A stretch of 64,000 nucleotides of DNA from Myxococcota bacterium (lineage in GTDB: Bacteria > Myxococcota_A > Polyangia > Nannocystales > Nannocystaceae), in contig JBCCHT010000017.1 in NCBI GenBank assembly GCA_039028615.1, positions 128,001-192,000 on the forward strand, given 5' to 3'. The position numbers were made by a program, and so were the translations under genes. Under the pieces are notes generated by a model. It made no database searches, was not told the DNA's origin, and saw only the letters and a program-made list of their open reading frames with translations. Positions 19,376 to 28,853 of the stretch are shown one piece after another; the first letter of the stretch is position 1, and each line of letters starts with the position of its first letter.

Positions 19376-21319
19376 GTGCTCTCGCTTGCCCCGTACTCGC
19401 GGAACCGTCTGTTGACCTGTGGCCTGCTCGTGGCCATTGCCGGGTGTGGGCCCAAACGGGCCGAAGATGGCACGCAGGCCCCAAACCCGACGGAGCCGGC
19501 TCCGGCGGAGGACCGGGTCGAGAGCCCGGCGCAGATGCTGCCGAGCGACACGATGGCGATGGTGTGGATGGAGCAGCCGAGGCTGCTGCTGGAGGGGCTG
19601 GTGGCCGGGGGAGCGCTGGACTCGGGGCTGATTCCCATCGACGAGCTGCGCAGCGGGCTGGTGGAAGCGTGGGGGCAGGACGTGTCCCGCACCGAGGTGT
19701 GGAAGGAAAACGGGTTCGATGTGGACGCACCCGTGGCCATCTCGATGGGCCCCTTCCCCACGGCCCCCACGACGATGTTCGTCAGCCTCGAGGACCGACA
19801 GCGAGCACTCGAGTTCGTTCGCCGAAGCTCGGACCGGGCCGGCAACCGACGCATCGCGGGCGAGCGCGACGGGGTGCTCGTCTGGGAATTCGAGATCGAG
19901 CCGCGGATCATCATGGTGGTCCGCGGCAACGTGATGGCGCTGGTCTCGGGCATGACGGCCGACAACCCGCACATCGACGTCCTGGCCAGGACGGCTCCCG
20001 AACAATCGCTGGCGACCCAGGAGGTCTACACCGACGCGATGACGGCACTGAAGCCGGCCGAGCTCAATGCGTTCATCAACCCCCAGTCGCTCGTCGAGGC
20101 GCTCGCTCCCGCCATCACGGCGTCGTTCGAGCGACCGTCCGCGGCCGAGCTGGTCACGCTGATGCTCACCCAGGGGATCGGCGGCATCGGGATCGGGGCG
20201 TCGTTGATGGGCTCGGAGCAGCGGCTCGAGGTTCGGCTCAGCGCGGACGAGACGTCGACGATTCGCCGGCTGCTGACCCCTCGCACCGAGCCGATCCAAG
20301 TCATCAGGACCGCGGATGGACCGATGCTCTACTGCATGGCCAGCCAGTTCGACCCGGACGTGGCGGCGCGAGTGCTGCCCGTGCTGGTGGCCGAGTGGAG
20401 CGAGTTCGGCGAGGAGCTCGACGCCGACCAGCGGGCGGTGCTGGGCGAGTCCATGGCCGGCGGCTGGGAGTTGTGCGTGACCCAGGCGGGGGAGTTCGTG
20501 CCCGAACGAGGGCTCATGGCCGTGCAGCGAAGCATCGACACCACGGTCGCGGTGTCCACGGTCGACGACGCGGCCGCGAAAGAACTGCTCGGTCTGATCT
20601 CGCAGTTCGACGATACGTCGGAAGGGCCCGACGGGCGCATCGCGATCGAAGGCGAGGACACCTCGCGCCCGCTGCTCGCCGACGCGGTGGGCTCTCGGCT
20701 CGTGATCAGCACCAACCCCGCCATGGCCGCTCGCATTGCGAAGGGCACCGCGGGGTCGGTGCTCGACACGCTGAGCGATGGCCCGGTCGCGAAGCTGCTC
20801 ACGACCCCCGACGGAACGACGAGCGCAGGCTATGGCATGGGCGCAGGCATGCGCTGGGTCGGCGCCACGATGCGAGCGAGCCGCACCGATCCGATGATCG
20901 AGCTGCTGGCCGACCCCGAGGTCCCGCACTCCGAAAAGAGCACGCAAAGGCGGGCCGAGCTCGAGGCCGCCCACGCCGAGTTCATGAAGGTCCACCCGCT
21001 ACGGGGTGAGAACATCGTCGAACGGATGGTGCCCATCGGAGATGCAGTGGGTCCGGTGGGCTTTTCACTGCACGAAGACGACACCGGCCTCACGCTCCGG
21101 GCGGTGCCGTCCATGGGCCCGCGCGGCCTCATCAGCGTGATCGAGGCGATGCGAGGGGCCGCCCCCGGGATGGCGGCCGCGGTCGATCCCGAGATCGAGG
21201 CGAAGGTCGCCCCCGCCGAAGCGCGCTTCCTGGAAGCCCGCGACGCCTACATCCAGATCCGCATCGGCGACCACATCAACGCCATGCCCATGCCGGCGGC
21301 GCTGGGCGAAGAGCCCTAG
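19376..21319 (+). CDS. Large hypothetical lipoprotein (DUF3352-like N-terminal region)
   Basis: Lipobox IAGC, MLPSDTMAMV, GFDVDAPVAI, SLATQEVY; typical codon usage. Confidence 0.65.
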   Translation: MLSLAPYSRNRLLTCGLLVAIAGCGPKRAEDGTQAPNPTEPAPAEDRVESPAQMLPSDTMAMVWMEQPRLLLEGLVAGGALDSGLIPIDELRSGLVEAWGQDVSRTEVWKENGFDVDAPVAISMGPFPTAPTTMFVSLEDRQRALEFVRRSSDRAGNRRIAGERDGVLVWEFEIEPRIIMVVRGNVMALVSGMTADNPHIDVLARTAPEQSLATQEVYTDAMTALKPAELNAFINPQSLVEALAPAITASFERPSAAELVTLMLTQGIGGIGIGASLMGSEQRLEVRLSADETSTIRRLLTPRTEPIQVIRTADGPMLYCMASQFDPDVAARVLPVLVAEWSEFGEELDADQRAVLGESMAGGWELCVTQAGEFVPERGLMAVQRSIDTTVAVSTVDDAAAKELLGLISQFDDTSEGPDGRIAIEGEDTSRPLLADAVGSRLVISTNPAMAARIAKGTAGSVLDTLSDGPVAKLLTTPDGTTSAGYGMGAGMRWVGATMRASRTDPMIELLADPEVPHSEKSTQRRAELEAAHAEFMKVHPLRGENIVERMVPIGDAVGPVGFSLHEDDTGLTLRAVPSMGPRGLISVIEAMRGAAPGMAAAVDPEIEAKVAPAEARFLEARDAYIQIRIGDHINAMPMPAALGEEP

Positions 21320-21329
21320 ACGCCCGGCC

Positions 21330-21896
21330 TCACTTCAGCCAAGGTCGAATGTCGACGACCTCCATGCCGGCCGCCCGCGCGGAGTCGAGGCCGGGCTCGC
21401 CGTCCTCGTAGGCACGGCAGTGGGTCGGGTCGACGCCCAGGCGCCGGGCCGCTTCGAGGAAAGTGTCGGGCGCGGGCTTGGGCCGCTGCACGTCGTCGGT
21501 CGCCACGATGGCCTCGAACCAATCGCGAATCCCGATCGCCCCGAGGGTCGCCTCGGCCAGCCGTCGCACGTTGCCGGTCGCCACCGCCATGGGCCCCTGG
21601 CCACGGAACTGACGGGCGACGTCGACGACGGGCTCGATCGGGCGCACGTGGTCGACATGCCGAAGGAATTGCTCGTCCTTGTCGACGGCGATGGCCGCCG
21701 CGTCGATGGTGCGCCCCTGCTCCCGGGCGAGCATCTCGATGATCTGCCGCGTCGACATACCGGCGCAGGCGTAGAAGCGGTCCTCGGAGAACACCAGGCC
21801 ATGCGGGCGCAGGGCGTCGGTCCACGCGACGAAGTGGGCCGGCATGCTGTCCGCCAGAGTGCCGTCGCAATCGAAGACCAGGGCGCGGGGGCTCAT
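21330..21896 (-). CDS. HAD family phosphatase (YqaB/beta-PGM-like)
   Basis: VFDCDGTLADS, KPAPDTF, YEDGEPGLDSARAAGM. Confidence 0.93.
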   Translation of the reverse strand: MSPRALVFDCDGTLADSMPAHFVAWTDALRPHGLVFSEDRFYACAGMSTRQIIEMLAREQGRTIDAAAIAVDKDEQFLRHVDHVRPIEPVVDVARQFRGQGPMAVATGNVRRLAEATLGAIGIRDWFEAIVATDDVQRPKPAPDTFLEAARRLGVDPTHCRAYEDGEPGLDSARAAGMEVVDIRPWLK

Positions 21897-21996
21897 CGAG
21901 CTTGGGGTACCGCAACGAAGAGGGGCTCGGCAACGGCTCGCTGAGAGTCCGTCGTCGAGCCCCGACAGGTCGAGCCCGGTGCCGCGTGAGCGCGGC

Positions 21997-22911
21997 TCAC
22001 TGCGTCGGCATGAACACGTCCGCCCCGGAGCTCCCGGAGGTCGGCAGCAACGGGCTGGGCGGGCTCGGCTCGCGGTTGCGCATGAACACGCCGGGCGCAG
22101 CCTCGGCGTCGTTCGCAGGCAGGAGCACAGCGGGCGCCGGAGCGCTGGGCTCGGCGGCGACTCGCTCGGTCAGGAACACGGCGGGCGGGACCCGGGCTCG
22201 CTTGGCCGGCATGAACACCGCGGGAGCGGAGGCCCGCGTGGGCATGAACTCCGCCGACGAGACCGGCTCGGGCTCGGGCTGCGTGGGCACGGGGTCGATG
22301 GTCGCCATGGGCGGCAGCGGGGGCGGCACCTTCGTCCAGGTCTTGGACATGAACACGTCCTGGGGCCTGCCGTCGCGCGAGGGCATGAACGGGTTCGCGC
22401 CCGTGGCGGCCGGCTCGGCCAAGAAGACGTCCGAGCTCACGGGGAAGGTGGTCATGAACACGTCCCCCTTGGCGCGCGGCGGGCTCGGCAGCAAGGGGCT
22501 CGCCTCGGCCGTGGTCTGCGAGCCGAGGAACACGGCCGCACCCGAGGTCGACAGGAGCATGCCGTCACCCGGAGTGCTCGCGAGCAACGCGGGCTCGGAG
22601 GACAGCAGGTCGGTGGTCATGGTGATGTGGGAGCCCGACCCGAGACGCACGGTGGCGCGCCACGGGTGGTAGCCCGGTGCCGTCACCTCGATGCGATGCT
22701 CACCCGCGGGCACCTCGACCTCGACCGGCGCCCCTTCGTAGGTGGCTCCATCGATGTCGACCTGCGCCTCGAGGATGGTGCGAACTTCGAGTGTCGCTGC
22801 CGCGGGCTCGTCGTCGACGTGGGTGGGCGCGGCATGAACCACCGCGAGCGGCAGCATCAACCCGAGCCCTGCGAGGGCCAGCGGCCATCGTGCGGAGCAA
22901 ACCGAGTCCAT
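21997..22911 (-). CDS. Secreted PEGA-domain protein with a repetitive Pro/Ala-rich tail
   Basis: Signal peptide, PEGA pattern AQVDIDG...VPAGEHRIEVTAPGYHPW, tail with repeated VFM/VFL motifs. Confidence 0.75.
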   Translation of the reverse strand: MDSVCSARWPLALAGLGLMLPLAVVHAAPTHVDDEPAAATLEVRTILEAQVDIDGATYEGAPVEVEVPAGEHRIEVTAPGYHPWRATVRLGSGSHITMTTDLLSSEPALLASTPGDGMLLSTSGAAVFLGSQTTAEASPLLPSPPRAKGDVFMTTFPVSSDVFLAEPAATGANPFMPSRDGRPQDVFMSKTWTKVPPPLPPMATIDPVPTQPEPEPVSSAEFMPTRASAPAVFMPAKRARVPPAVFLTERVAAEPSAPAPAVLLPANDAEAAPGVFMRNREPSPPSPLLPTSGSSGADVFMPTQ

Positions 22912-23182
22912 GCGTGAAGCCCGATCGTGGCGTCCCATCGATGGCAAGTTTGGACCAGATTGAGCGATCAGCTACCGAATCCTGCGTCGCGGGGCGTTGT
23001 AGGCCGCGGAGATCGGGGCGTGAACGACGACGCTTCGAATGACACGCAAAAGGCGCGGCGGCGTATTGAATCCCGAGATCGAGATCGCGCAGCAACCGCA
23101 TCAAAACAACGTTCTTCAACAGGTAAAAGCGCAGGGTCGAGCTGCGGCCGTGCAGGTCAATTCATTGACGAAAACGCGGGCG

Positions 23183-23782
23183 TCAATCGAAGCACGATTG
23201 CCGGGGCGTGACCGCGAAGCCCAAGCCCGCGGCGATGCCCGTCACGCACTCGGACGTGGTGGTCGAGATGGTGATCTCGCCACCGTTGAACTCACCGCTG
23301 CTGCCTCCGCCGTTGCCCTCCCCGTCGCCGAGGTACTCCGCCCCCCACTGCGTGACGTCGGTGCCGACTTCGTAGGTGCCCATCTCGAACAACCCTTCGA
23401 AGATGTAGACGCTCTGCGTAGCGAAGGTCTCCCCGTTGAGCGAGCCGACATCTTGGAACAGCACGTTGCAGTCGTAGTGGGGATGGGTGGCGAGCACGAG
23501 GACACCGTCGGCCGGGTCGGGCATGATGCCGAGGCGCTCGCCGATCTCGGGGATGCCGAACTCGAACGCGGTGGTGAAGTGCCCGTACCAGGTCGAGCGA
23601 CCACGGTCGGCGGGCAGACCGACGGACTCGCACGACAGCGGGACCTCGGGCTCCGTCAGGGCTTCGTCTTCGTCCGTGGCTTGGGTGTCGCTGCAGCCGC
23701 TGAGCATCGCGACGGCCATGCACACGCACGATCCGATCAACTCCAGTCGCCGCCTCCGCCCCACGTGCGTCGATTCCATCAC
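23183..23782 (-). CDS. Hypothetical lipoprotein
   Basis: Lipobox LSGC; acidic and Cys-containing. Start uncertain. Confidence 0.65.
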   Translation of the reverse strand: MMESTHVGRRRRLELIGSCVCMAVAMLSGCSDTQATDEDEALTEPEVPLSCESVGLPADRGRSTWYGHFTTAFEFGIPEIGERLGIMPDPADGVLVLATHPHYDCNVLFQDVGSLNGETFATQSVYIFEGLFEMGTYEVGTDVTQWGAEYLGDGEGNGGGSSGEFNGGEITISTTTSECVTGIAAGLGFAVTPRQSCFD

Positions 23783-23971
23783 CCATGATCATGGACCGCG
23801 CGAGCAAAAAGAGCACCCCATCGATCACCGTGAAACGAGCCCGGCTCGTTCTGGTACCGAACGCTGGTTCATCGTCGGATTCGAGCGACACCCCTCCGGG
23901 GTTCGTCGGCCCCATCGCGCGGCCGCAGTTGTTGTCGCAGCCGCCCCGCGCCCGGTGATATCCTGCCTCCA

Positions 23972-25138
23972 ATGCGTTGGCTTGCGTGGATCGGAGGACT
24001 GGGGATCGGGGCACTGGCGGGCTGGGCCTGCAACGGGGGCGCGAGCGATTGCAGCATCGGGAGCCAGGGCTGCATGTGCACCGCGGGAGGGGCCTGCGAC
24101 ATCAACCTCACCTGCGTCAACGGGACCTGCGTGATGATCGACTGCCCCGTGGGTGCGCTGAACTGTGCCTGCACGGGCGGAGGCTCGTGCGACCCCGGCC
24201 TGACCTGCGAAGACGACATCTGTATCGACGGTGACGGCACGGGCCCGGGCAACGTCTCGACCACGGGCAACGACGACGACGACTCGCTCGACGACGGCAC
24301 GGGGCCCGAGTCCGACTTCCTTCTGCCCTGCAATCAGCTCGGCTGCACCCAGGTCGACATGCTCTTCGCCCTCGACTCCTCGCTGTCCATGAGCGAGGAG
24401 ATCGGCGCGCTCAGTGCCTCGCAGGCCTTCACCTCGATCGTGTCCAACCTCGAGGGCCTCAACTGCGGCGTCGAGTATCGGATCGGCCTGACCAACGACA
24501 ACGACGGCGGCTTCATCGGCTTCGGGGCCAACGGCAACCCATGGTTCGACTCGATGGAGATGACGCCCGAGGAAATCTCGTCCGCGTTCTCCACCGCGGC
24601 CGGCACGGTGCTGGGCAACGGCGGGACCTCGGCCGGCTGTGAGCACGTGCTGAGCTCTTCGCTGTCGACCTTGGCCTTGGACACCACCGGCTTCTTGCGC
24701 AGCGACGCCCTGCTGGTGCTGGTGATGGTCACCGACGTGGACGACTACGGAGCGTACGACCAGGCGAACTCGGGTGGGCCCTGTGCCGGGTTCCTGTGCA
24801 CCGAGTCGCCGCAGCCCGTGTCCACCATCTACGACCAGCTGGTCACGCTCAAGGGAGGCACGCCCGAGGCCTTGGCCACCATCGTGGTCGCGGGCGACCC
24901 CACGATCATGGAAGGGCTCAACACCTGTCAGCAGCCGGCCACGTGCTGCGGCGGCGGGCTCGAGTGCGCCCAGGCGCATCACGCCCCGCGGCTATGGGAG
25001 TTCGCCCAGATGCAGGCGGGCACCAATGGGTTCACGGGCAACATCTGCGACGGGGCGAACCAGGTGCCGCTGCTCATCCAAGACGCGCTGGGCAACAACA
25101 TCGACCTCGCGTGCCAGAGCTTCGAGCCCGAGGGCTGA
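23972..25138 (+). CDS. Cys-rich lipoprotein with vWA-like domain
   Basis: Lipobox GWAC, two C.IG..GC.CT.GG.CD..L.C repeats, DMLFALDSSLSM MIDAS, FLRSDALLVLVMVTDVDD. Confidence 0.85.
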   Translation: MRWLAWIGGLGIGALAGWACNGGASDCSIGSQGCMCTAGGACDINLTCVNGTCVMIDCPVGALNCACTGGGSCDPGLTCEDDICIDGDGTGPGNVSTTGNDDDDSLDDGTGPESDFLLPCNQLGCTQVDMLFALDSSLSMSEEIGALSASQAFTSIVSNLEGLNCGVEYRIGLTNDNDGGFIGFGANGNPWFDSMEMTPEEISSAFSTAAGTVLGNGGTSAGCEHVLSSSLSTLALDTTGFLRSDALLVLVMVTDVDDYGAYDQANSGGPCAGFLCTESPQPVSTIYDQLVTLKGGTPEALATIVVAGDPTIMEGLNTCQQPATCCGGGLECAQAHHAPRLWEFAQMQAGTNGFTGNICDGANQVPLLIQDALGNNIDLACQSFEPEG

Positions 25139-25384
25139 CCCCGCGTCGATAGAGACGACGTCAATCCGTTGAGGGCCACGAGCCCCATCGGGTCGTGCTC
25201 GACCCCAATCCGTGCGTCACGAAACGCGTCGGCATACCTCGCAAACCCGACGATCCATTCGAAGGGCGCACGGTGGTCGTAACGATTCGCCCTCCGCAAT
25301 GTGAGCACAGGCCGATCGCCAACGGCCGATCGCACGCCGTTTCGCCTGGGATCCTGTGGTTCAATGTGAGGCGGAAGGGGATGG

Positions 25385-26812
25385 ATGATGAAAGGTGCTC
25401 GATTTTCTTGTTGTCTAGCGGTCAGCTTGTGCTCGTGGGCATGCGGCTCCGTCGATGAAGCCAGTGACGGTGACGGAGGCGCGAATGTGACCACGTCGCC
25501 GCCGAGCAATGACGGCAATGCGGAAGAGACCTCCGATTCGAATGCCGGCTCGGGTGGTGGCGACGACGAAGGTGGCGGTGCCCAGACCTCGAATGCGACC
25601 GCGCCGGGAACCGGCGATCCCCCCGGAGACGGTGGCGACGGGACCGGTGCGCCCCCGGTGACCTTCGACGTCGGCATGATGCCCGACGGCGGCGGCCAGG
25701 GCTTCTGCATGCCCGGTATGGGCGGCGGAGATGGAGGCGGCGGCAGCAAGGAGCCCGAGTTCTCGTTCCTGTGGGCCTGCAACAGCACCCAGGGCACCAT
25801 CTCGAAGATCGACACGCAGACGGTGACCGAGGTCGGGCGCTACTACACGCGACCCGACCTGGCCGGCAGCCCCTCGCGAACCTCGGTCAGCCTCTCGGGT
25901 CATGTGGCGGTGGCGAACCGCTCCGGCGGCGTGACCAAGTTCTACGCGACCACCGAAGACTGCGTGGAGAGCAACGGGACGCCGGGTATTCAGACGTCGA
26001 CCGACAACAACCCCCTGCCCTGGGATCAAGAGGAGTGCCGGGCGTGGCACATCCCCTTCGACTACGACAGCCAGCGACCGGTGGCCTGGGCTCCGGGCGA
26101 GTGGAACCAGAGCACCTGCGAGTGGGAAAACGAGCTGCTGTGGTCGGCCGGGCGTTGGGGCCAGACCGACACCGAGGTCGTGCTCATCGACGGTGAGGCG
26201 GGCGTGGTCCTCGACCAAGTGGCCATCCCCGGGCTCAAGGCCGACCAGTTCGGGCTCTACGGGGCCGCGGTGGATAGCGAGGGCAACCTGTGGACCTCGG
26301 GCTGGGCGACGGGCAACCACCTCGTGCGCGTCGACATCGACACCATGGCCGTGCAGGTGTGGGACGGACCGTCGTCGACGGGCCTGACCTCGCACTGGTA
26401 CGGCATGACCGTCGACGTCAACGGCTACGTGTGGAACTGCGCGAGCCGAGTCGCCCGCTTCGATCCCGTCACCGAGGACTGGACGGTGAGCAACGACCTG
26501 GGCAACTTCGCCGCGGGATGCATGGCCGACGGCGACCCCGATGGCTTGCTGTGGCTCGGGACCTCGGGGGTGATCCGCGGCATCGATCGCGAGACCTTCA
26601 CCATCGTTCACGACTGGCCCGTGCCCAGCAACTACGGCGTGAGCATCGACTTTTACGGCAACGTGTGGGCGGTCAACGGCAGCGGGGCGCATCGTGTCGA
26701 CCCGGATACCGGCACCGTGACCTCCTACAACGGCCTGACCGGTGCCTACACCTACTCGGACATGACCGGATTCGCCCTCAACACCGTGGGCGGCGGCGGA
26801 CCCAGCCGCTAG
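25385..26812 (+). CDS. Lipoprotein with Vgb-lyase-like beta-propeller
   Basis: Lipobox SWAC, Gly/Asp stalk, YGAAVDSEGNLW / YGMTVDVNGYVW / YGVSIDFYGNVW blades, YTYSDMTG end. Confidence 0.8.
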   Translation: MMKGARFSCCLAVSLCSWACGSVDEASDGDGGANVTTSPPSNDGNAEETSDSNAGSGGGDDEGGGAQTSNATAPGTGDPPGDGGDGTGAPPVTFDVGMMPDGGGQGFCMPGMGGGDGGGGSKEPEFSFLWACNSTQGTISKIDTQTVTEVGRYYTRPDLAGSPSRTSVSLSGHVAVANRSGGVTKFYATTEDCVESNGTPGIQTSTDNNPLPWDQEECRAWHIPFDYDSQRPVAWAPGEWNQSTCEWENELLWSAGRWGQTDTEVVLIDGEAGVVLDQVAIPGLKADQFGLYGAAVDSEGNLWTSGWATGNHLVRVDIDTMAVQVWDGPSSTGLTSHWYGMTVDVNGYVWNCASRVARFDPVTEDWTVSNDLGNFAAGCMADGDPDGLLWLGTSGVIRGIDRETFTIVHDWPVPSNYGVSIDFYGNVWAVNGSGAHRVDPDTGTVTSYNGLTGAYTYSDMTGFALNTVGGGGPSR

Positions 26813-26870
26813 TCCGCGTAGCACCGCGGGGGCGAGCGTCGCCCTCGCGGGACACTTCCGTTCGGCCCAC

Positions 26871-26916
26871 CGACCGCGACCTCTCGTCCCGATCCGGAGA
26901 CAGGTCGCGGTCGTTT
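26871..26916 (+). terminator. Hairpin, possible terminator
   Basis: 12-bp stem cgaccgcgacct/aggtcgcggtcg followed only by TTT. Confidence 0.4.
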
Positions 26917-26974
26917 GTGGACCGGTCGCGTCAATCCGAGTGCCGCGAGCCCGATCGCCGGCTACGTTGAGAGC

Positions 26975-27862
26975 GTGAGCCTGCCCGCCCCGCTCTTCGC
27001 CCCGGCTCGGCTACGCCCCGTCGCGCTCCGGGTGACCTTCGCCATCGGCTTGGTCTTTGCGATGTTCGCCATGCGCATGCTCGCGGTGCTCGAGCCCGGG
27101 CCGTGGGTCGGCGCAACGCTGGCCACCACGGGCATGATCACCTGGATGGGGGTGCTGGTGCTGCGCAAGCCCATCGTCACCCGCGACACCGCGCACGGTC
27201 GCATCACCTTCCTGGGCGCTCTGCTGGGGGTCGCCACGGCCCCGGTGGCCTACTTCACGGGCTTCGTGGTGTTCGGCGGAGCCCCGAGTGCCCTGCTCGC
27301 GTTGCCCATCGTCATGCTCCTCGGCGCGCCGATCGGCCTCATCGCGGGGACCTTCTTCGGCCTGGTGGCCGCGATGCCGCTGTCGGCCGTGGCCTTCGCC
27401 ATGCGTAACCCTTCGCCGCAGTCGGCCGACCGGGCCACCGCCCTGCTGGGCGCCTGGGCCCTGCTCATCCCGGCCCTGATCGTGGTGCTGACGCCCGACC
27501 CGCCCTCGTTCTACGGCTGGAAGGCCAACCCCGCGTACATGACGATGCAGTACGTGGGCGCCGCGGCGCTGGGAGGGCTCGGCCTGTTCCTGCTGCTCGC
27601 GGCCCTGCGACGCCTGAGATGGCGGCAGCAGTTCATCGAGCGCGTGGTCGCGGGCCACGAGCCCGGCTGGGCCCTGCTCGAGGCCCCCGAAGGTCGCCCC
27701 CGCCCCGTGGGGCTGGAGTGCATCGACTCGAGGTCGAAGGAGCGCTCGGTGTTGCTGTGTCGGTGCGACGAGCTGGGCCAAGGCGCCTATCGGCGCGCCG
27801 ATGCCCTGCAGCCCGTGGCCTGGGTCCCGCCCGGCTGGGTCGACACCGCCAGCCTGGGCTGA
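26975..27862 (+). CDS. Hypothetical integral membrane protein
   Basis: About 6 TM helices and a C-terminal GAYR tail. Confidence 0.65.
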   Translation: MSLPAPLFAPARLRPVALRVTFAIGLVFAMFAMRMLAVLEPGPWVGATLATTGMITWMGVLVLRKPIVTRDTAHGRITFLGALLGVATAPVAYFTGFVVFGGAPSALLALPIVMLLGAPIGLIAGTFFGLVAAMPLSAVAFAMRNPSPQSADRATALLGAWALLIPALIVVLTPDPPSFYGWKANPAYMTMQYVGAAALGGLGLFLLLAALRRLRWRQQFIERVVAGHEPGWALLEAPEGRPRPVGLECIDSRSKERSVLLCRCDELGQGAYRRADALQPVAWVPPGWVDTASLG

Positions 27863-27877
27863 CCGCGGGGGCCCTGG

Positions 27878-28228
27878 CTACTGGCCTTCGCCTTCGACCC
27901 GCTTGAGCCGGACACCGTTGACCACCATCGTCCACTCTCCGTCGAGCTCGCGGGGGGTCTCGGTGACCTCGAACTTGGTCTTGACCACCATGACCCCGAC
28001 GATGAAGTCGTCGTCCTGCCAGCCCTGCAGCGGACCTTCGATCGACGTGCGGCCCTTGCCCTCGACCTTCTCGTAGGTCACGTGACCCTCGGGGCGGATG
28101 ACCAGGTCCATGCCCGGGCCGACCCAGTGGCCCGCGAACTCGGCCTTGTCCGCGGGCAGCGGCTGGCCCTTGCACGCGGTGAGCACCAAAACGCAGGAGA
28201 TCAGCACGGCCTGGGCGATGCTTCGCAT
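27878..28228 (-). CDS. Small lipoprotein
   Basis: Lipobox LTAC, FAGHW beta-rich domain. Confidence 0.8.
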   Translation of the reverse strand: MRSIAQAVLISCVLVLTACKGQPLPADKAEFAGHWVGPGMDLVIRPEGHVTYEKVEGKGRTSIEGPLQGWQDDDFIVGVMVVKTKFEVTETPRELDGEWTMVVNGVRLKRVEGEGQ

Positions 28229-28284
28229 GCCCCCACCCTAGCGCGAACGAGGGGCGAGTCGAACACGACCCGCCCCTGCCGCGG

Positions 28285-28707
28285 CTACGCGTCGCGCCAC
28301 AGGGCGGCCATGGCCCCCTGGGTGCTGAGCACGAACATCACGGGCATCGCGGCCTGGCGCGGCACCTTGAAGCCGTCGACCAGGACCTTCGAGGTCATGG
28401 CCGAGATGGCCGAGCCGCCGACCAGCTGCCCGCCGACGCCCCAGGCCCAGTTCTTGAAGTCCAGCTGGGCTTGGGTCGGCAGGGCGCCCCACAGCTCGGC
28501 GAGCTGCGTCGGCGACGGGTGGTGACCCACCGCCACGTTCAGCCCGGCTCGCATCGCCTGGGCGGTGATCGAGTTGTGGAAGGTGATGGCCGAGTAGGCC
28601 TCTGCGCCTTGGAAGCCCAAGTTGCCCGCCGTGCGGCGCGCCCCGTAGTAAAGCTGCGGCGGCTTGCCGATCGCTCCGTCCCAGACCCCAGTAAAAAATG
28701 GATGCAT
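28285..28707 (-). CDS. Hypothetical 140-aa protein
   Basis: ATG 28707 preceded by AGGGGA RBS; GC3-rich codons. Confidence 0.65.
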   Translation of the reverse strand: MHPFFTGVWDGAIGKPPQLYYGARRTAGNLGFQGAEAYSAITFHNSITAQAMRAGLNVAVGHHPSPTQLAELWGALPTQAQLDFKNWAWGVGGQLVGGSAISAMTSKVLVDGFKVPRQAAMPVMFVLSTQGAMAALWRDA

Positions 28708-28783
28708 CCAGCGTCCCCTTTCGCGGGGGTAAGCATAACCCCTACAGAGGGTGAAACCGACGAGAATCGACGCCAACCACGTG

Positions 28784-28809
28784 AAAAGGGGCCCCGAGGG
28801 GCCCCTTTT
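28784..28809 (-). terminator. Rho-independent terminator after hppA (symmetric A/T tails)
   Basis: aaaaggggcccc-ga-ggggcccctttt. Confidence 0.85.
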
Positions 28810-28853
28810 GCTCATCGCCGGAACGAATCCCGGCGATGCGTCTCGGATGAAGA

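Noticed and set aside
22950..23180. Structured ncRNA in the AT-richer gap upstream of the PEGA gene
   Set aside because: No convincing stems or known motif seen; the same applies to 55940-56170.
25235..25300. c-di-GMP-I riboswitch (GCAAACC...GGGCGCA)
   Set aside because: No GNRA-capped P2 stem, GCAAAG junction or P3 stem could be built.
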